A stretch of DNA of 64,000 nucleotides from Eledone cirrhosa (Eukaryota). The stretch is taken from assembly GCA_964016885.1 (NCBI GenBank), contig OZ024740.1, forward strand, positions 123,628,001 to 123,692,000, given 5' to 3'. Shown one piece after another: positions 15,242-29,123 of this stretch (position 1 is its first letter; the number at the start of each line of letters is the position of its first letter). The notes beneath the pieces are model-generated. The model had not been told where the DNA came from, made no database searches, and worked only from the letters and a program-made list of their open reading frames with translations. The position numbers and the translations under genes are program-made.

Positions 15242-16068
15242 AATTTATTAAAATAACAGATTAAAATTTAACTAATAAATCGCTACTTTCACCCTTAACG
15301 GGATCTTCTCAAACTAACAAAGTCAATCTGTGAACGCGAAAGTGAAGATGATACTTCATACTTATCTATTTATTTATATACGTTTATTTAATTATATGTA
15401 TACACGCACACACACACACATATATATATATATATTAATATGTATATTTTTATATATAATTGTATGTGTATTAGGTGTATACATTCGTATGCGTGTGGGT
15501 ACAGGCGTTGCTGGGTTCTGTATGTGCGTGCGGTTTTTTTTAATTTTTGTGTACGTGCGTGTATTTTTTATACCTATGGCGAGTGTTTTCCGGTATTATT
15601 GTGTATGTACGTATATGGATGCGTGTATGTATTTATTTATTTTCGATTACCTCTGTATTTTGTTTACTTTATTCTTAACTCTGAAGTCGAGAATCATTCG
15701 GTTTCCTAGTTAGAATTTTAGTCTACTACTTCAGTTATACCATATACGTGGTTTTGTATTTGCGTGCTATTGTTCTCCCCGCTCCACATATGATGTATTA
15801 TCTTTTTTTTTCTCATCATTGCCAGAGAACGTCTCTATGAACCACCTAATAGAATATTAGTCTACGACTTCTTTTATACCATAAACGTGGTTTGGCTTTG
15901 CGTGTAATTATATTTCACCGCTCCAAATAATTATATTCGTATTATATTCGTTTTTTCCTGTTCTTTGCCAGGGAACGTTTCCACGAACCAAAGTATCGTC
16001 TTCCTGTCTTCCTCCGGTTGCAACGTTTTTTGAAATATTCACTTCCGCGTTCACAGATTGACTTTGTT

Positions 16069-16119
16069 AGTTTCAGAAGATCCCGTTAAGTGTGAAAGCA
16101 GCGATTGTTTTCCTAAACT
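16069..16119 (+). ncRNA. Hammerhead variant (U4A core CAGAAGA) in 5' pLTR
   Basis: AGTTT-CAGAAGA-TCCC gttaa GTGT-GAAA-GCA..-AAACT; partly decayed. Confidence 0.55.
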
Positions 16120-16268
16120 TTAATCTGTTTTTTTAATAAATATTTGCTCTACGGTTCTTATATCTTTATATCTATCCTTATAGAGCCCTCTTTGGATTTT
16201 AGTCTTCAAATTTATCATTATTACTATTTGGTTCCCTCGGTTGAGCACTCTATTGACTTATATTCATC

Positions 16269-18420
16269 ATGCAGAAACAACATCTGAATATTTCTACGAA
16301 GAACATACCCGTACCTAGCAGGAAAACATACCTGATACAGATAACAGACGCGTTGATTAAAAGCTTGCGTTGGCGTGCCTCTTATTTCGATAATCAGGGA
16401 AAAGCAGACAACAAACAGGATACATTTGGGTTTAAAACCTATAATAACCCTCCTAGTAACCAAGCATTGCTACCCTTCGAAAATGATGTCTTGGAACTCA
16501 TACGGAGTATCAAATTTCGGAATAGGAGCAATTCCTTCCAGCAGGACCTGAAGAATAGAATTCGTTCTATTAAGGATTCTAATGCCGTGCACGTCCATTC
16601 CGATAAAACTGGCAATCTATATCAAGTAGAGCGCAGTAGTTACCATCAACCATCAACTGCTACATAATGCTGTAACTAAGGATTACCGCAAAACTAATCG
16701 GAGCGTCATTAATGAAATCAACGATACTGGGTTTAAAATCACCTCTGATCTCAACATCCTGGACCGGACTGCACCTCTGGACCCTATTTCTCCCCACTTT
16801 ATCCTGAAGGATCACAAATCCAATTTTCCGAACAACCCTTCTATTCGGCTTATTAACCCTACGAAGTCCGATTTAGGTAGACATAGTAAAAGGATTCTGG
16901 AGAGAATTATACCTGAAATTAGAAGTTTGGCCCCTCTTGCACTGTGGAACAATTCTTTCGTGGTGATTGATTGGTTCAACGGCATATGCAAAAAGGAACA
17001 TTGCCGTTTTATCCAATTCGACATCAATAATTACTACTCCTCCATCACTATACCACTTCTCCTTAGAGCTATCAATTTCACTAAAACACTGAAAGTGGTT
17101 AAGGATTTCGAAGTTGATGTCATCCTCAATGCCCGAAAGTCGGTGATTAATTTCAACGACTCTATTTGGATTAAAAAATCCCATAGTAAGCCATTCGACG
17201 TGAGTATGGGCGCCAGCGATTTTGTGGACGTTACTGATCTTATCGGCCTTTTCCTTCTTTTCTCTATCAAGGAAGAATTCCCCAACGTGGGCGGTGGTTT
17301 GTACCGTGATGATGGTCTTTTGACCATGACTAAGTGCGGCCCACGTGCTTGCGACAGGTTCAGAAAAGAACTCACAGCCTTCTTTAAAGGCTTCAACCTC
17401 TCCATACAGGTTGAGGCGAACCTCTCTGTCGTTAATACCTCTACGTTACCCACAATTTATCGAATGGCTTTCATTACCCGTATAGATAGCCGAATGATAC
17501 GCTTAATTATATAAGTAAGCTTTCTAACAATCCTGCCAGCCTAACCAAGAACCTAGTAGGAAACGCTTCTTCGAGGCTTTCCCGTCTATCTACTAACGAA
17601 CATATTTTCAACAACCATTCCACATATTACAATGAAGCTCTTGCTCGGAGTGGATTTGTCGATAAGGTAGCTTATACAGAGTATGAGAATAGACCTAGAA
17701 GAAATAGATCCCGACGCATTATATGGTATAATCCACCATATAATATGGTGGTGGCAACATCATTAGCTAAGATTATTTCTCTCCCTTATTACGACGAAGC
17801 ATTTCCCCCTACACATAAACATAGTAAAATTTTTAATAGAAATACTATTAAAATGTCTTACTCTACGACTCCTAACCTTGCACATAACATCACAGCTTCA
17901 AATTGAGCTAAACTACCTAGCCGTAGGAACACGTGCAACCTTGTAGTTAGTACTAACTGTAATTGTAGGAATCGGGTTCACTGCCCCCTATCCGGGAAAT
18001 TCCTCTCTAGTAACATTGTCTACAAATGTAATGTTGAAACACCCACGTACCGTAGGGCCTACATAAGGTTAACTGCCAATAGATTCAAGCAGCGTCTTTA
18101 CATGCATACCCATTCTTTTCGTTACCCTTTTGGAAGGACTATGACGTCACTTTCAGCTTATATCTGGAGTCTAAAAGACAACCATACTCAATATAAGTTA
18201 CACTGGGAGATCCTAGCTAGGGCCAGATCGTATAACTGAAATAAAAGACCATGTGACCTCTGCGCCGCTGAGGCCCTGGAAATACTCTACGCTACAGACC
18301 ACATCTTAACCAAAAAATCTGAGGCAATTTCGGCTTGTAAACATAAATTGCACAAAACTTTCCTGTGTTACAGCCCCACATTATACCCTAACGGATAGTA
18401 CGATCTATACGCGGATATTT
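16269..18420 (+). pseudogene. Naiad RT + GIY-YIG ORF, frameshifted
   Basis: SDKTGNLY, LKDHK, FIQFDINNYYSSI, FDVSMGASD, GGGLYRDDGL, IWYNPP, CNCRN..CPL, PCDLC. Confidence 0.88.
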
Positions 18421-19399
18421 TACATCTTGATGTGGTAGCTAAGTATATGTTATGTTTATACCATTACTTATTTGTATAGGTAAGTATATATTACCTGTAT
18501 ATTTTGTGAAGGTACGTATACTTCCTCGTACCTATATTTGACTGTATGTGTTTTGGCGTATATATTATATATTCTGGTACATATGCTTTTCGTTATGTGT
18601 ATACGTGTATACGTATGTAGGGTGTATGTATATGTGTACTTCGTGTTTCGGTTGACGTACGTCTCCGAACATATGTGTATTTACATGTAGGTATGTGTGT
18701 GCAATTGTTACATACGTATTTATTTATTTATATACCTTTATTTATTATATGTATACACGCACACACATATATATATTAATATGTATATTTTTATATATAA
18801 TTTTATGTGCATGTGGTGTATACATTCATATGCGTGCGGGTACAGGCGTTGCGTGGGTTCTGTATGTGCGTGCGGGTTTTTTTTGTGTACGTGCGTGTAT
18901 TTGTATACCCATGGCGAGTGTTTTCGCGTATGCTTGTGTATGTACGTATATGGATGCGTGTATATATTTATTTATTTTCGATTACCTCTGTATTTTATTT
19001 ACTTTATTCTTAACTCTGAAGCCGAAAATTATTCGGTTTCCTAGTTAGAATTTTAGTCTACGACTTCAGTTATACCATTAACGTGGTTTGGTCTTTGCGT
19101 TTAATTGTTTTCCCGCTCCACATATGACGTATTATCTTCGTTTTTTTTTATCATTGCCAGAGAACGTCTCTATGAACCACCTAATAGAATATTAGTCTAC
19201 GACTTCTTTTATACCATAAACGTGGTTTTTCTTTGCGTGTAATTATTTTTCACCGCTCCAAATAATGACGTAATATATTTGTATTTTCCCGTTCTTTGCC
19301 AGGGAACGTTTCCACGAACCAAAGTATCGTCTTCCTGTTTTCCTCCGGTTGCAACGTTTTTTGAAATATTCACTTCAGCGTTCACAGATTGACTTTGTT

Positions 19400-19450
19400 A
19401 GTTTCAGAAGATCCCGTTAAGAGTGAAAGCAGCGATTCTTTGCTTAAACT
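19400..19450 (+). ncRNA. Hammerhead variant (U4A core CAGAAGA) in 3' pLTR
   Basis: AGTTT-CAGAAGA-stem II-GAAA-GCA..TGC-TT-AAACT. Other copies show GGGT closing stem II. Confidence 0.62.
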
Positions 19451-19752
19451 TTAAGCTGTTATTTTAATAAATGTTTGCTCTACGGTTCTTATATATTTAT
19501 ATTTATCCTTATAAAGCCCTCTTTGGATTTTAATCTTCAAATTTATTATTATTACTATATATATATATATACTATATATACTATACTATATATACTATAA
19601 ATACTATATATATATACTATATATACTATATATATATATACTATATATACTATATATACTATATATATATATACTATATATATATATATATACTATATAT
19701 ACTATATATATACTATATAAACTTTATATATATACTATATATACTATATATA

Positions 19753-19819
<67 letters not shown>

Positions 19820-20290
19820 TAAACGGAATAGAAAATGCTGACAAATTGTTCACAGTTGAAAAATAGTTTAATTAGGAATAAAAGAGTATTATTAATTGTA
19901 TGGGTTAGTATTCAGTTGTGGTTTTAAGTTTTTAAGTTTTTACCGGTTGCGCATTTCTAAATGCTTTTCAAAAATAATTTTGAGATAGAGTGTCCGTGTT
20001 GTTTGCTCTGATCTGATTAGTTTTGGGAATTCTACCTGTTTTTATGTTAAAAAAGTGGCTCCAGCACTACTTTGGTGTTGCAAAAATTCTTGTGGTCAAA
20101 ACAATTTTGATTGGTCGGTAGAGGTCATGTGAATGTAAAAAATTGATTTTGCGCCAAGACTCTTTTTACGTTAAAAAAGTGGCTCCAGCGCTACTTGGTG
20201 TTGCAAAAATTCTTGTGGTCAAAACAATTTTGATTGGTCGGTAGAGGTCATGTGAATGTAAAAAATTGATTTTGTGCCAAGACTGTTTTT

Positions 20291-20611
20291 ATGTTAAAAC
20301 ACAATTTCACATGTGCATCGGAAAATCTAATATATGTATTAACTTGCTCAGGTTGTCGAGAACAATACATAGGCCAGACCAAAAACAGCCACCGCGAACG
20401 CATGATTGTCCATAGATCCCAAAGTAAAATACGGGAATACAGGAAAATACCACTGAGTGAACACATTGATACCTGTGCCACCCCAAATCATCCCAACTTC
20501 AGAATCTTTCCCCTCTACAAATTTAAAGATAATGCCACCCACACCCAGCGCATTAGCAAGGTATCTTACTTTATTAACAAATACGGACCCCGTCTAAACA
20601 CTTCTCCCTAA
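20291..20611 (+). CDS. Stand-alone GIY-YIG endonuclease domain (PLE-derived)
   Basis: CASENLIYVLTCSGCREQYIGQTKNSHRERMIVHR..IPLSEH..C..FPLYK. Open frame; the ATG comes from the inverted arm. Expression unknown. Confidence 0.7.
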   Translation: MLKHNFTCASENLIYVLTCSGCREQYIGQTKNSHRERMIVHRSQSKIREYRKIPLSEHIDTCATPNHPNFRIFPLYKFKDNATHTQRISKVSYFINKYGPRLNTSP

Positions 20612-20761
20612 GACGAACCCACAACATACACACGTCAACATACATACCTACATCAGCACACATCTCTACCCACATATAAACACAATGACATACGTAAACA
20701 CACATGCTCTATAGTGCAACACAAAAAAAATATATGTATATATATATATATATATAGTGAA

Positions 20762-20793
<32 letters not shown>

Positions 20794-20929
20794 GTGAATA
20801 TCATTTCACACCTTTTATTGTTAAGATTTTTGATGTTCTATTAAGAGAACCGATTTTACTGAAAATATCGAATAATGTACACCATTTTACCAGGGGAAAA
20901 AAATACTGGTCCACCTACACACACACATT

Positions 20930-21051
<122 letters not shown>

Positions 21052-21676
21052 TACACACGCGTACATTAACATACAAAGAGACTTATACACACACACACAC
21101 ACTTCTCCGTATAAGACAAAAGCTGAAAAATATCTTTTGACATGCTAAAATACTCCCCACTGCTTACAGACACATTCCTACTGACCATCCCGCTAGCACG
21201 AATTACTCTGCTATACACACACACACACACACTTATCTTAATAGCCATTTGAACTGTCAACAGGCTGTGGTTCGCACACACATCCCTGCTACCATTATCA
21301 CAACATCGAACACTTTACTACTACTACACACACACACACACATATTTGTTGTGAAAGAGTCATTTCTCAGTGTTGGGGCAAAATCAATTTTTTACATTCA
21401 CATGACCTCTACCGACCAATCAAAATTGTTTTGACCACAAGAATTTTTGCAACACCAAGTAGCGCTGGAGCCACTTTTTTAACACAAAACAGTCTTGGCG
21501 CAAAATCATTTTTTACATTCACATGACCTCTACCGACCAATCAAAATTGTTTTGACCACAAGAATTTTTGCAACACGAAAGTAGCGCTGGAGCCACTTTT
21601 TTAACATAAAAACAGGTAGAATTCCCAAAACTAATCAGATCAGAGCAAACAGCACGGACACTCTATCTCAAAATTA

Positions 21677-21713
21677 TTTTTGAAAAGCATTTAGAAATGC
21701 GCAACCGGTAAAA
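21677..21713 (+). ncRNA. Hammerhead-like motif, U3-A8 core, GCAA in place of GAAA
   Basis: TTT-TTGAAAA-GCATTT ag AAATGC-GCAA-CCGG-TA-AAA. The same motif occurs in four copies (12561 +, about 19938 -, 21677 +, about 35718 -). Confidence 0.55.
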
Positions 21714-21949
21714 ACTTAAAAACTTAAAACCACAACTGAATATTAACCCATACAATTACTAATACTCTTTTATTCCTAATTAAACTATTTTTCAACTGTG
21801 AACAATTTGTCAGCATTTTCTATTCCGTTTACCAATATATAATAACTTGTGTGTTACACCTCTATTCTTTTAACTATATATATATATATATATAGTATAT
21901 ATATAAATTCAAATATAAACAAAAATTGATATACTTGTGATCAATTAAA

Positions 21950-22012
21950 TTTTATTATACATATTTCAGAGGTACTGAATTAAGTTCAACTGTACGTCCT
22001 CATCAGATAAAA
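21950..22012 (-). ncRNA. Type I hammerhead ribozyme
   Basis: TTTTAT-CTGATGA-GGAcGTAC..TGAA..TTCA GTACcTCT-GAAA-TATGTA-TA-ATAAAA. Confidence 0.8.
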
Positions 22013-22599
22013 TAAAATTATACATGACAAACCCTGACATGGTGGATGGTTAGGATTTAATCAAAGTAGTGATTAACTTATGAGAAAACTCAAAATTTAT
22101 ACCCTAATATTGAGAACCTGTGAAAACGTAATAGAATCAATAGAGAGAGTGTGAGTAATATGTTTTAAGAAGTACATTGCCTTAATGCAACAGTTATAGA
22201 ATTTTTAATATTTAAAATACTACTATAGATCTATGTGGTAGAGCGAAAGTATGGAGGGCGACGTAGCTAAAGTTATAACTTATTTAGTATTTAGCATGAA
22301 AAGACAAATGACAGAAAATTAAAGAGAGGGAGAGACAAAGGGAGTAATTTATGCTCAAATTTCTTTAACCACACACAATCATATATAGTTATGGCTGTTA
22401 ATTTTCAAAATATTTAATTTATGTTCTTTCAGGGAAAAGAATCAACATTTGAGGTTTTAAAAGTTGATGGGTATTTGTATTAATATTATAATATAATTAT
22501 GTTAAATTTCTAAAATTCAGAATTTTATGATGACAAATTTAAAGGATTTATGAAGCCCGCGAAAGAAAGAAAATATACATATAAGTATACATGTAGTAT

Positions 22600-22627
22600 A
22601 TAAATATATGTGAATAGTATATATATA

Positions 22628-22677
<50 letters not shown>

Positions 22678-22695
22678 TATATATATATATATATA

Positions 22696-22729
<34 letters not shown>

Positions 22730-24005
22730 TATATATATATATATATAGTATATATATATATATATATATAGTATATATATATATAGTACATATAGTATAG
22801 AGTATATAGTATATATATAGTGTATATGTTTATATAGTATATATATATATATATAGTATATATATATATATAGTATATATATATAAATAGTATATATATG
22901 TATATATATATAGTATATATATATATATAGTATATATCTATATACAAATATATAGTATAGCTATATATAGTATATATATAGTATATATATATATAGTATA
23001 TATATAGTATATATATATATAGTATATATATATATATAGTATATATCTATATATATATTATATATATATATATATGGTATATATATATATATATATATAA
23101 ATATACAGTATATATATATAGTATATATATATAGAGTATATATATATAGTATATATATATATATATATAGAGTATATATATTAGTATATATATATGTATA
23201 TAGTATATAGTATATATATATTTAGTATATATATATAGTATATATATATATATAGAATATATATATATGTATATATATGGTACATATATATATGTATATA
23301 TATATATAGTAAATATACATATAGTATATATATATATATAGAATATATATATATGTATATATATGGTATATATATACATATATATATGTACCATATATAT
23401 ACATATATATATATTCTATATATACATATAGTATATATATATATAGAGTATATTTATATATAGTATACATATATATATATATATAGCGAGAGATATACAT
23501 ATAGTATATATATAGTATATATATAGTATATATATATATATAGTATATGTATACTATACATATATATATATAGTATATGTATAGTATATATATATATATG
23601 TATTGTATATATATAGTATATATATAGTATATATATATAGTATATATATATATATAGTATAATATATGTTTATTTAAATATATTTATATAGTATATATAG
23701 TATATATATATATATAGTATATATATATATATAGTATATATATCGTATTTATATAGTAGATATATATATAGTATATATATAGTATATATGTAGTATATAT
23801 ATATATAGTAAATATATAGTATATATATATAGAATATATATAGTATATATTTATATAGTATATATATAGTATATATAGTATATATATAGTATATATATAT
23901 ATATATAGTATAAATATAGTATATATATATATATATATATAGTATATATATAGTATATATATATATAGTATAAATATAGTATATATATATATATACATGT
24001 ATATG

Positions 24006-24037
<32 letters not shown>

Positions 24038-24235
24038 AGTATATATATATATATATAGTATATATATAGTGTATATATATATACATATAGTATATATATA
24101 GTATATATATAGTATATATATATATACAGTATATATGTATATATATATATAGTATATATACATATAGTATTTATATATATATATAGTATATATATATATA
24201 TATAGTATATATGTATATATATAGTATATACATAG

Positions 24236-24266
<31 letters not shown>

Positions 24267-24410
24267 TATATTTATATATTTATATAGTATATACGTATAT
24301 ATATATAGTATATATATATATTGTATATATGTATATATATATATAGTATATATACTATATACGTATATATATATATATTTATAGTATATATATATGTGTA
24401 TATATATTTA

Positions 24411-24444
<34 letters not shown>

Positions 24445-24448
24445 TATA

Positions 24449-24483
<35 letters not shown>

Positions 24484-24796
24484 TATATGCATATATATAT
24501 AGTATATATATATATATATAGTATATATGCATATATATATAGTATATATATATATAGTATATATGCATATATATATAGTATATATATATATATAGTATAT
24601 ATGTATATATATATAGTATATATGTATATATATATAGTATATATGTATATATATGTATATATATATAGTATATATATATATATATAGTATATATGTATAT
24701 ATATAGAATATATATAGTATATATGTATATATATATAGTATATATGTATATATATATATATTATATATATGTATATATATATATATTATATATATT
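22600..24796. repeat. (TA)nG microsatellite array
   Basis: Read directly. Confidence 0.9.
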
Positions 24797-26629
24797 GTCG
24801 GGGAGAAGTGTGTACTTAACGATGATGGCATACTTGCCATCACCGACACTGATAAGAAAGTAGCTTGGAAGTGTCACTATGAAAGGCTACTAAATGAGGA
24901 GAATAAATGGGAGAAAGACAGTCTCCCCCATATCGACCCGATAGAGGGACCAGCAGTGTTAGTCGAGGGGAGTATAATAAGTAAGGCAATCAAGGATATG
25001 AAGACGGGTAAGGCGGCTGGGCCTTCGGAAATAGTTGCTGAGATGCTGAAGGCATCTGGCACGGTGGGACACACCATGGTCACCCGCATAGTTAACCAAG
25101 TCGTACAGAATGGGGTTGTTCCGAAGGACTGGCATAGCAGCATCATCGTTAACTGTTATAAGGGTAAAGGAGACGCCCTAGATAGGAGTAACTATAGAGG
25201 CATTAAATTAATCGACCAGGTCATGAAGGTCACGGGAAAAGTAATAGCGCAACTAATCAGAGAGAGAATTGACCTAGATGAAATGCAGTTCGGGTTTGTG
25301 TCAGGCAAAAGCACCATAGACGCCCTTTTCATAGTACGACAACTACAGGAGAAGTACCTAGCTAAAGGTAGACCCCTCTACTTAGCTTTTGTCGACCTGG
25401 AGAAAGCCTTCGACAGAGTCCCCCGCTCCATTATCTGGTGGGCTCTTAGAAAACTAGGCGTTGACGAATGGCTTGTGAGGGCTATACAAGCCATGTATAA
25501 AGAAACAGTCAGCAAGGTTAGAATTAACAACGAATATAGTGAAGAGTTTAGCGTAAAAGTTGGCGTCCATCAGGGCTCTGTTCTCAGCCCCCTACTATTT
25601 ATTATTGCCCTTCAGGCTATAACAGAGGAGTTCAAGACAGGCTGCCCATGGGAACTCCTATACGCAGACGACCTGACACTCATAGCGGAATCAATGGCCG
25701 AGCTAGAGAAGAAATTCCAAACATGGAAGCACGGCCTAGAGTCAAAAGGACTCAAAATTAACCTGGCTAAGACCAAAGTTCTAGTTTGTAGGAAAGAAAA
25801 CAAGGCGGCGGTCCCTTCTGGGAAATGGTCGTGCTCGGTGTGTAGGAAAGGCGTAGGTAGAAACTCCATTTTATGTCCTAAATGCAAAGTATGGGTGCAT
25901 AAAAGATGTAGTGGGATCACAGGTAAGCTAACTAAGAACATAGATTTTACATGTGGCCGGTGTTCTGGTGCAATAAGTAGCAGCAAGTGCCCACAAAATA
26001 CTAGCTCTTTCAATTGCGCAGAGGGTTCTATAGAAATAGTGGACAGCTTCCGTTACCTGGGCGATAAAATCAGCAGTGGGGGAGGGTGCTCTGAAAGTAC
26101 TGTAGCTAGAGTCAGAACTGGTTGGAAAAAGTTCAGAGAGCTTATACTACTATTAGCTGCTAAAGGGTTCTCCCTAAAAATGAAAGGCAGGTTGTACGAT
26201 GCCTGCATACGAACAGCAATGTTGCATGGTAGTGAGACCTGGGCATTGTGTGCAGAGGATATACGCAGACTAGAGAGGAACGAAGCTTGCATGCTCCGCT
26301 GGATGTGTAACAGTAATATACGTGAACGGCAAAGCATAAACGAACTAAGGAAAAAATTAGAGATAAGAGGGATCAGATGTTGTTTACTCGAGAGAAGGCT
26401 GCGTTGGTATGGACACGTGATGCGCATGAAAGTCGATAGCTGTATAACAAAGTGCAGGGCAATAAAGATAGACGGTAGCCACGGAATAGGCAGACCTAGA
26501 AAAACATGGGATGAGCTGATAAACTCCGACCTCACACACCTACACCTCTCCAAGACAACGTCACTGGACCGAGACCTTTGGCGGTACTCAGTAACAGAGA
26601 AGACCCGCCTTGCCAGTAGGCATCTCTAA
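24797..26629 (+). CDS. RTE RT + PHD-type finger + C-terminal domain (N-truncated)
   Basis: FVDLEKAFDRV, GVHQGSVLSP, LLYADD; paralogue of 8199-10694. Confidence 0.88.
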   Translation, partial: VGEKCVLNDDGILAITDTDKKVAWKCHYERLLNEENKWEKDSLPHIDPIEGPAVLVEGSIISKAIKDMKTGKAAGPSEIVAEMLKASGTVGHTMVTRIVNQVVQNGVVPKDWHSSIIVNCYKGKGDALDRSNYRGIKLIDQVMKVTGKVIAQLIRERIDLDEMQFGFVSGKSTIDALFIVRQLQEKYLAKGRPLYLAFVDLEKAFDRVPRSIIWWALRKLGVDEWLVRAIQAMYKETVSKVRINNEYSEEFSVKVGVHQGSVLSPLLFIIALQAITEEFKTGCPWELLYADDLTLIAESMAELEKKFQTWKHGLESKGLKINLAKTKVLVCRKENKAAVPSGKWSCSVCRKGVGRNSILCPKCKVWVHKRCSGITGKLTKNIDFTCGRCSGAISSSKCPQNTSSFNCAEGSIEIVDSFRYLGDKISSGGGCSESTVARVRTGWKKFRELILLLAAKGFSLKMKGRLYDACIRTAMLHGSETWALCAEDIRRLERNEACMLRWMCNSNIRERQSINELRKKLEIRGIRCCLLERRLRWYGHVMRMKVDSCITKCRAIKIDGSHGIGRPRKTWDELINSDLTHLHLSKTTSLDRDLWRYSVTEKTRLASRHL

Positions 26630-26975
26630 CAAAATACACCCCGTCCCGCCACCACCCCACCCCATCCACACCACCCCGTTCTATGTAAAGTTATGTTGGT
26701 GCCGCGCCATCCAGGCCGAAACAAATGAGATCGTGTAGGTGTCACGACAAAAAAACACACAGTCCACGCTGTAATGTGGCCGTGTAGGCAACACGGTAAA
26801 AACCTTCCAGACCCACACTGTAAATGTGGTTGGTGTTAGGCAGGGCATCCAACTGTAGAAAACCTGCCAGACAGTCCTATGCGAGCAAGACAATCACTCT
26901 TGCCTCAAGTGGGACTACCCCCGTCCAAACCCATGCAAGCGTGGAACACGGACGTTAAACGTTGATGATGATGAT
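24797..26975 (+). mobile_element. RTE-clade LINE, 5'-truncated, with (GAT)n tail
   Basis: Open frame from 24797 (VGEKCVLNDDG) to 26629, then a 3' UTR ending TTAAACGTTGATGATGATGAT. Confidence 0.93.
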
Positions 26976-27079
26976 ATTATATATATATATTATATATATA
27001 TTTAGTATATATATATACTATTGTATATATATATAGAGAGAGAGAATATATATATATATATATAGTATATATATTTATA

Positions 27080-27562
27080 TAGCTATGTAATAAACAACAT
27101 AAGATAATTATTTCATTTACCAGTGGTTTCTTGAAAGCAACCAAAATTGCTTTCATTTATCAGAATGAAAAAATCCTCGTGTCTTTATTGGCAGTGAATT
27201 TGAAAAACAAACATATAACAGATATGAAAGTGAGGCTGCAGGGAAAAAAAGGGGGGGAGAATAATAATTAAGAATATATAACAACACACACGTACACACA
27301 TTCACGCACACACGCACACATATACACACATATATATATATAAATATATTGACGCATATGTTTTTCAAATACACTGTCGATAAAGATACCAGGATTTTTT
27401 CATTCTGATGAATGAAAGCAATTTTGGTTGCTTTCAAGAAACCACTGGTAAATGAAATAATTATCCTCTGTTGTTTATTACATAACTAATAAGCTCTGTA
27501 ATTCAAATAGATCACACTTTATTCCTGGACCTCTCCGACGGTATTACTTCATTCACACGCAT
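27080..27562. mobile_element. ORF-less fold-back mini-element with an HHR in each arm
   Basis: Inverted arms at about 27080-27209 and 27359-27487, followed by a tail. Duplicated at 28750-29228. Confidence 0.8.
27398..27457 (+). ncRNA. Canonical type I hammerhead ribozyme
   Basis: TTTCATT-CTGATGA-aTGAAAGCAA ttttgg TTGCTTTCAa-GAAA-CC act GG-TA-AATGAAA. Confidence 0.88.
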
Positions 27563-27599
27563 ATATATATATATATATAGTTTTTATATATATATATAG

Positions 27600-27663
<64 letters not shown>

Positions 27664-27950
27664 TATAAATATATACGTATACATATGTAAATATATATAT
27701 ATATATATATATATAAATATATAAATATATATGTATAAATATATAAATATATATACATATATAGTATATAATTATTTCATTTACCAGTGGTTTCATGAAA
27801 GCAACCAAAATAAGGGTGAAAGCAGCGATTATTTGCTTAAACTTTAATCTGTTATTTTAATAAATATTTGCGCTACGGTTCTTATATATTTGATCGATAT
27901 TTATCCTTATCGAGACCTATTTGGATTTTGGTCTTCAAATTTATTATTAC

Positions 27951-28008
<58 letters not shown>

Positions 28009-28087
28009 TAAATATATATATATAGTATATATATATAGTATTTATATAGTATATATATATATAGTATTTATATAGTATATATATATA

Positions 28088-28125
<38 letters not shown>

Positions 28126-28477
28126 TATATACATATAGTATTTATATATATATATATATAGTATATATATACATATAGTATTTATATATATATATATATA
28201 GTATATATATATATATAGTATATATGTATATATATATAGTATATACATAGTATATTCATAGTATATATATATAGTATATATTTATATATATATATAGTAT
28301 ATATATATTGTATATATGTATATATATATAGCATATATATATATGTATATATATTTAGTATATATATATATATATATATAGTATATATGCATATATATAG
28401 TATATATATATATATATATATAGTATATATGTATATATAGATAGTATATATATATATATATATGTATATATAGATAG

Positions 28478-28510
<33 letters not shown>

Positions 28511-29063
28511 GTATATATATATAATATATATATATATATAGTATATGTATATATATAGAATATATATAGTATATATGTATATATATATAGTATATATGTA
28601 TATATATATATTATATATATATATATAGTATATATGTATATATATATTATATATATATATAGTATATATATATGTAGTATATATATATACTATAGTATAT
28701 ATATATAGAGAGAGAGAGAATATATATATATATATAGTATATATACATATAGTTATGTAATAAACAACATAAGATAATTATTTCATTTACCAGTGGTTTC
28801 TTGAAAGCAACCAAAATTGCTTTCATTTATCAGAATGAAAAAATCCTCATGTCTTTATTGACAGTGAATTTGAAAAACAAACATATAACAGATATGAAAG
28901 TGAGTCTGGAGGAAAAAAAAGGGGGGGAGGGAGAATAATAATTAAGAATATATAACAAAACACACGTACACACCCTCACGCACACATATACACACATATA
29001 TATATATAAATATATTCACGCATATGTTTTTCAAATACACTGTCAATAAAGACACCAGGATTT

Positions 29064-29123
29064 TTTTATTCTGATGAATGAAAGCAATTTTGGTTGCTTT
29101 CAAGAAACCACTGGTAAATGAAA
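29064..29123 (+). ncRNA. Type I hammerhead ribozyme (duplicate of 27398)
   Basis: Same core and stems. Confidence 0.85.

Noticed and set aside
17905-18239. In-frame TGA codons in the 16-kb Naiad as possible Sec recoding
   Set aside because: They fall at non-Cys positions (YN*N vs YTGG/FNGR), the ORF is also frameshifted, and the intact Naiad at 42192 has no internal TGA.
20046-20299. Tandem ~120-bp repeats as a CRISPR-like array
   Set aside because: Eukaryotic context and no unique spacers; they are pLTR subrepeats.
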